DNA of 64,000 nt from contig MU053594.1 of assembly GCA_013239625.1 (NCBI GenBank), positions 2,732,127 through 2,796,126 of the forward strand, given 5' to 3'. Made by a program: the position numbers and the translations under genes. A model generated the notes under the pieces. The model was not told where the DNA came from, did no database searches, and saw only the letters and a list, made by a program, of their open reading frames with translations. Origin of the DNA: Lama guanicoe (Eukaryota). Positions 63,281-64,000 of the stretch are shown here, piece after piece; within the stretch, counting starts at the first letter, position 1; each line of letters begins with the position of its first letter.

Positions 63281-64000
63281 TAATTTTTAAAAATATTTTA
63301 TTCTTTTTATTTTTCTTAATCCTTTTAAAAATTTTCTTTGCTTTTAAAAATCTTTTAAATTAATTGTTTTTTAATTTGTCTCAATTTGATCTATATTTCT
63401 CTTTGTTTTGTTCTTCTGTTATTGGTTATAGTATGTTTTCAAATCTTTTTTTCTTCCTTTAAATTTTTAAAAACTTTGTCTCAATTTGATTTTTATTTCT
63501 CTTTGTATTGTTCTTCAGTTATTGATTATACTGTTTTCAAATCTTTTTTCCTTCTTTTAATTTTTAAAATCTGTCTCCAATCTTTATTTCTCTTTGTTTT
63601 GTTCTTCTGTTATTGACTATAGTCTGTTTTCAATTCTTTTAAATTTTTTTTACTTTTATTTCCACATCCACTTAAACAAACAAATAAACAAAACTCCTTT
63701 AGGACCACACAGATAACTGATACTCCATAATCCATAGAACCAGAGAGATATAAGTAAAGTGAAGAAGCAGAGGAACCACTCTCAATTTAAAGAAGAGAAA
63801 TTCCCTGAAAGAATGATCAATGATACAGATTTTGATAGTCAATTAGATCATGATTTCAAAAAAGGAGTGATCAAAGTACTGAAGGAAATAAAAGAGACTG
63901 TGAATAGACAGAGAATACATCAAAAAGGAAATTAAAACTATAACAGGAGCCAATTAAAATTGGAAAACTCATTTGCTAAGATAAAAGCTGAGCTAATGGC
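63281..64000 (+). mobile_element. Camelid-type L1: distal 5' UTR and start of ORF1 (runs off window)
   Basis: T-rich 5' UTR, then from 63759 (GTG in place of ATG) VKKQRNHSQFKEEKFPERMINDTDFDSQLDHDFKKGVIKVLKEIKETVNR, an L1 ORF1-like N-terminus/coiled-coil start, then a frameshift. Confidence 0.8.
63377..63640. repeat. ~100-bp tandem repeat x ~2.7 within L1 5' UTR
   Basis: unit tgtctcaatttgat..tatttctctttgttttgttcttctgttattg..tata..tgttttcaaatctttttt starts at 63377, 63477, 63572. Confidence 0.85.

Noticed and set aside
63377..63640. Spaced repeats resembling a CRISPR-like array
   Set aside because: Mammalian DNA; units are contiguous degenerate tandem copies in an L1 5' UTR with no unique spacers

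Overview
64 kb of mammalian, almost certainly camelid (camel/llama/alpaca), non-coding DNA, either intergenic or deep intronic. Taxon evidence: a tRNA-derived Vic-1-type SINE at ~61.5/62.0 kb and young camelid-type L1 3' ends with intact target-site duplications (TSDs). I find no credible protein-coding exon, tRNA/rRNA or known small-RNA gene. The only ORFs with recognisable peptide are decayed L1 ORF1/ORF2 fragments. Much of the window is transposon-derived (L1, L2, L3/CR1, MIR, MLT1/MLT2/ERV1/ERVL LTRs, MER47, MER81, MER112, MER58). Between these lie non-repetitive, TAAT-rich blocks that look like conserved non-coding elements. Repeat family names come from my recall of Repbase/Dfam consensus motifs, not from a search, and boundaries of old repeats are approximate. 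Most notable observations: (i) a near-perfect 499-bp tandem duplication whose breakpoint lies in a SINE tail (61458-62455); (ii) an internally deleted L1 with an ORF1 segment swapped into its reverse-transcriptase region (19797-22990); (iii) a triple-nested MIR>MER47>L1 insertion; (iv) several candidate enhancers and hairpins. I see no solid evidence for a novel biological system here.
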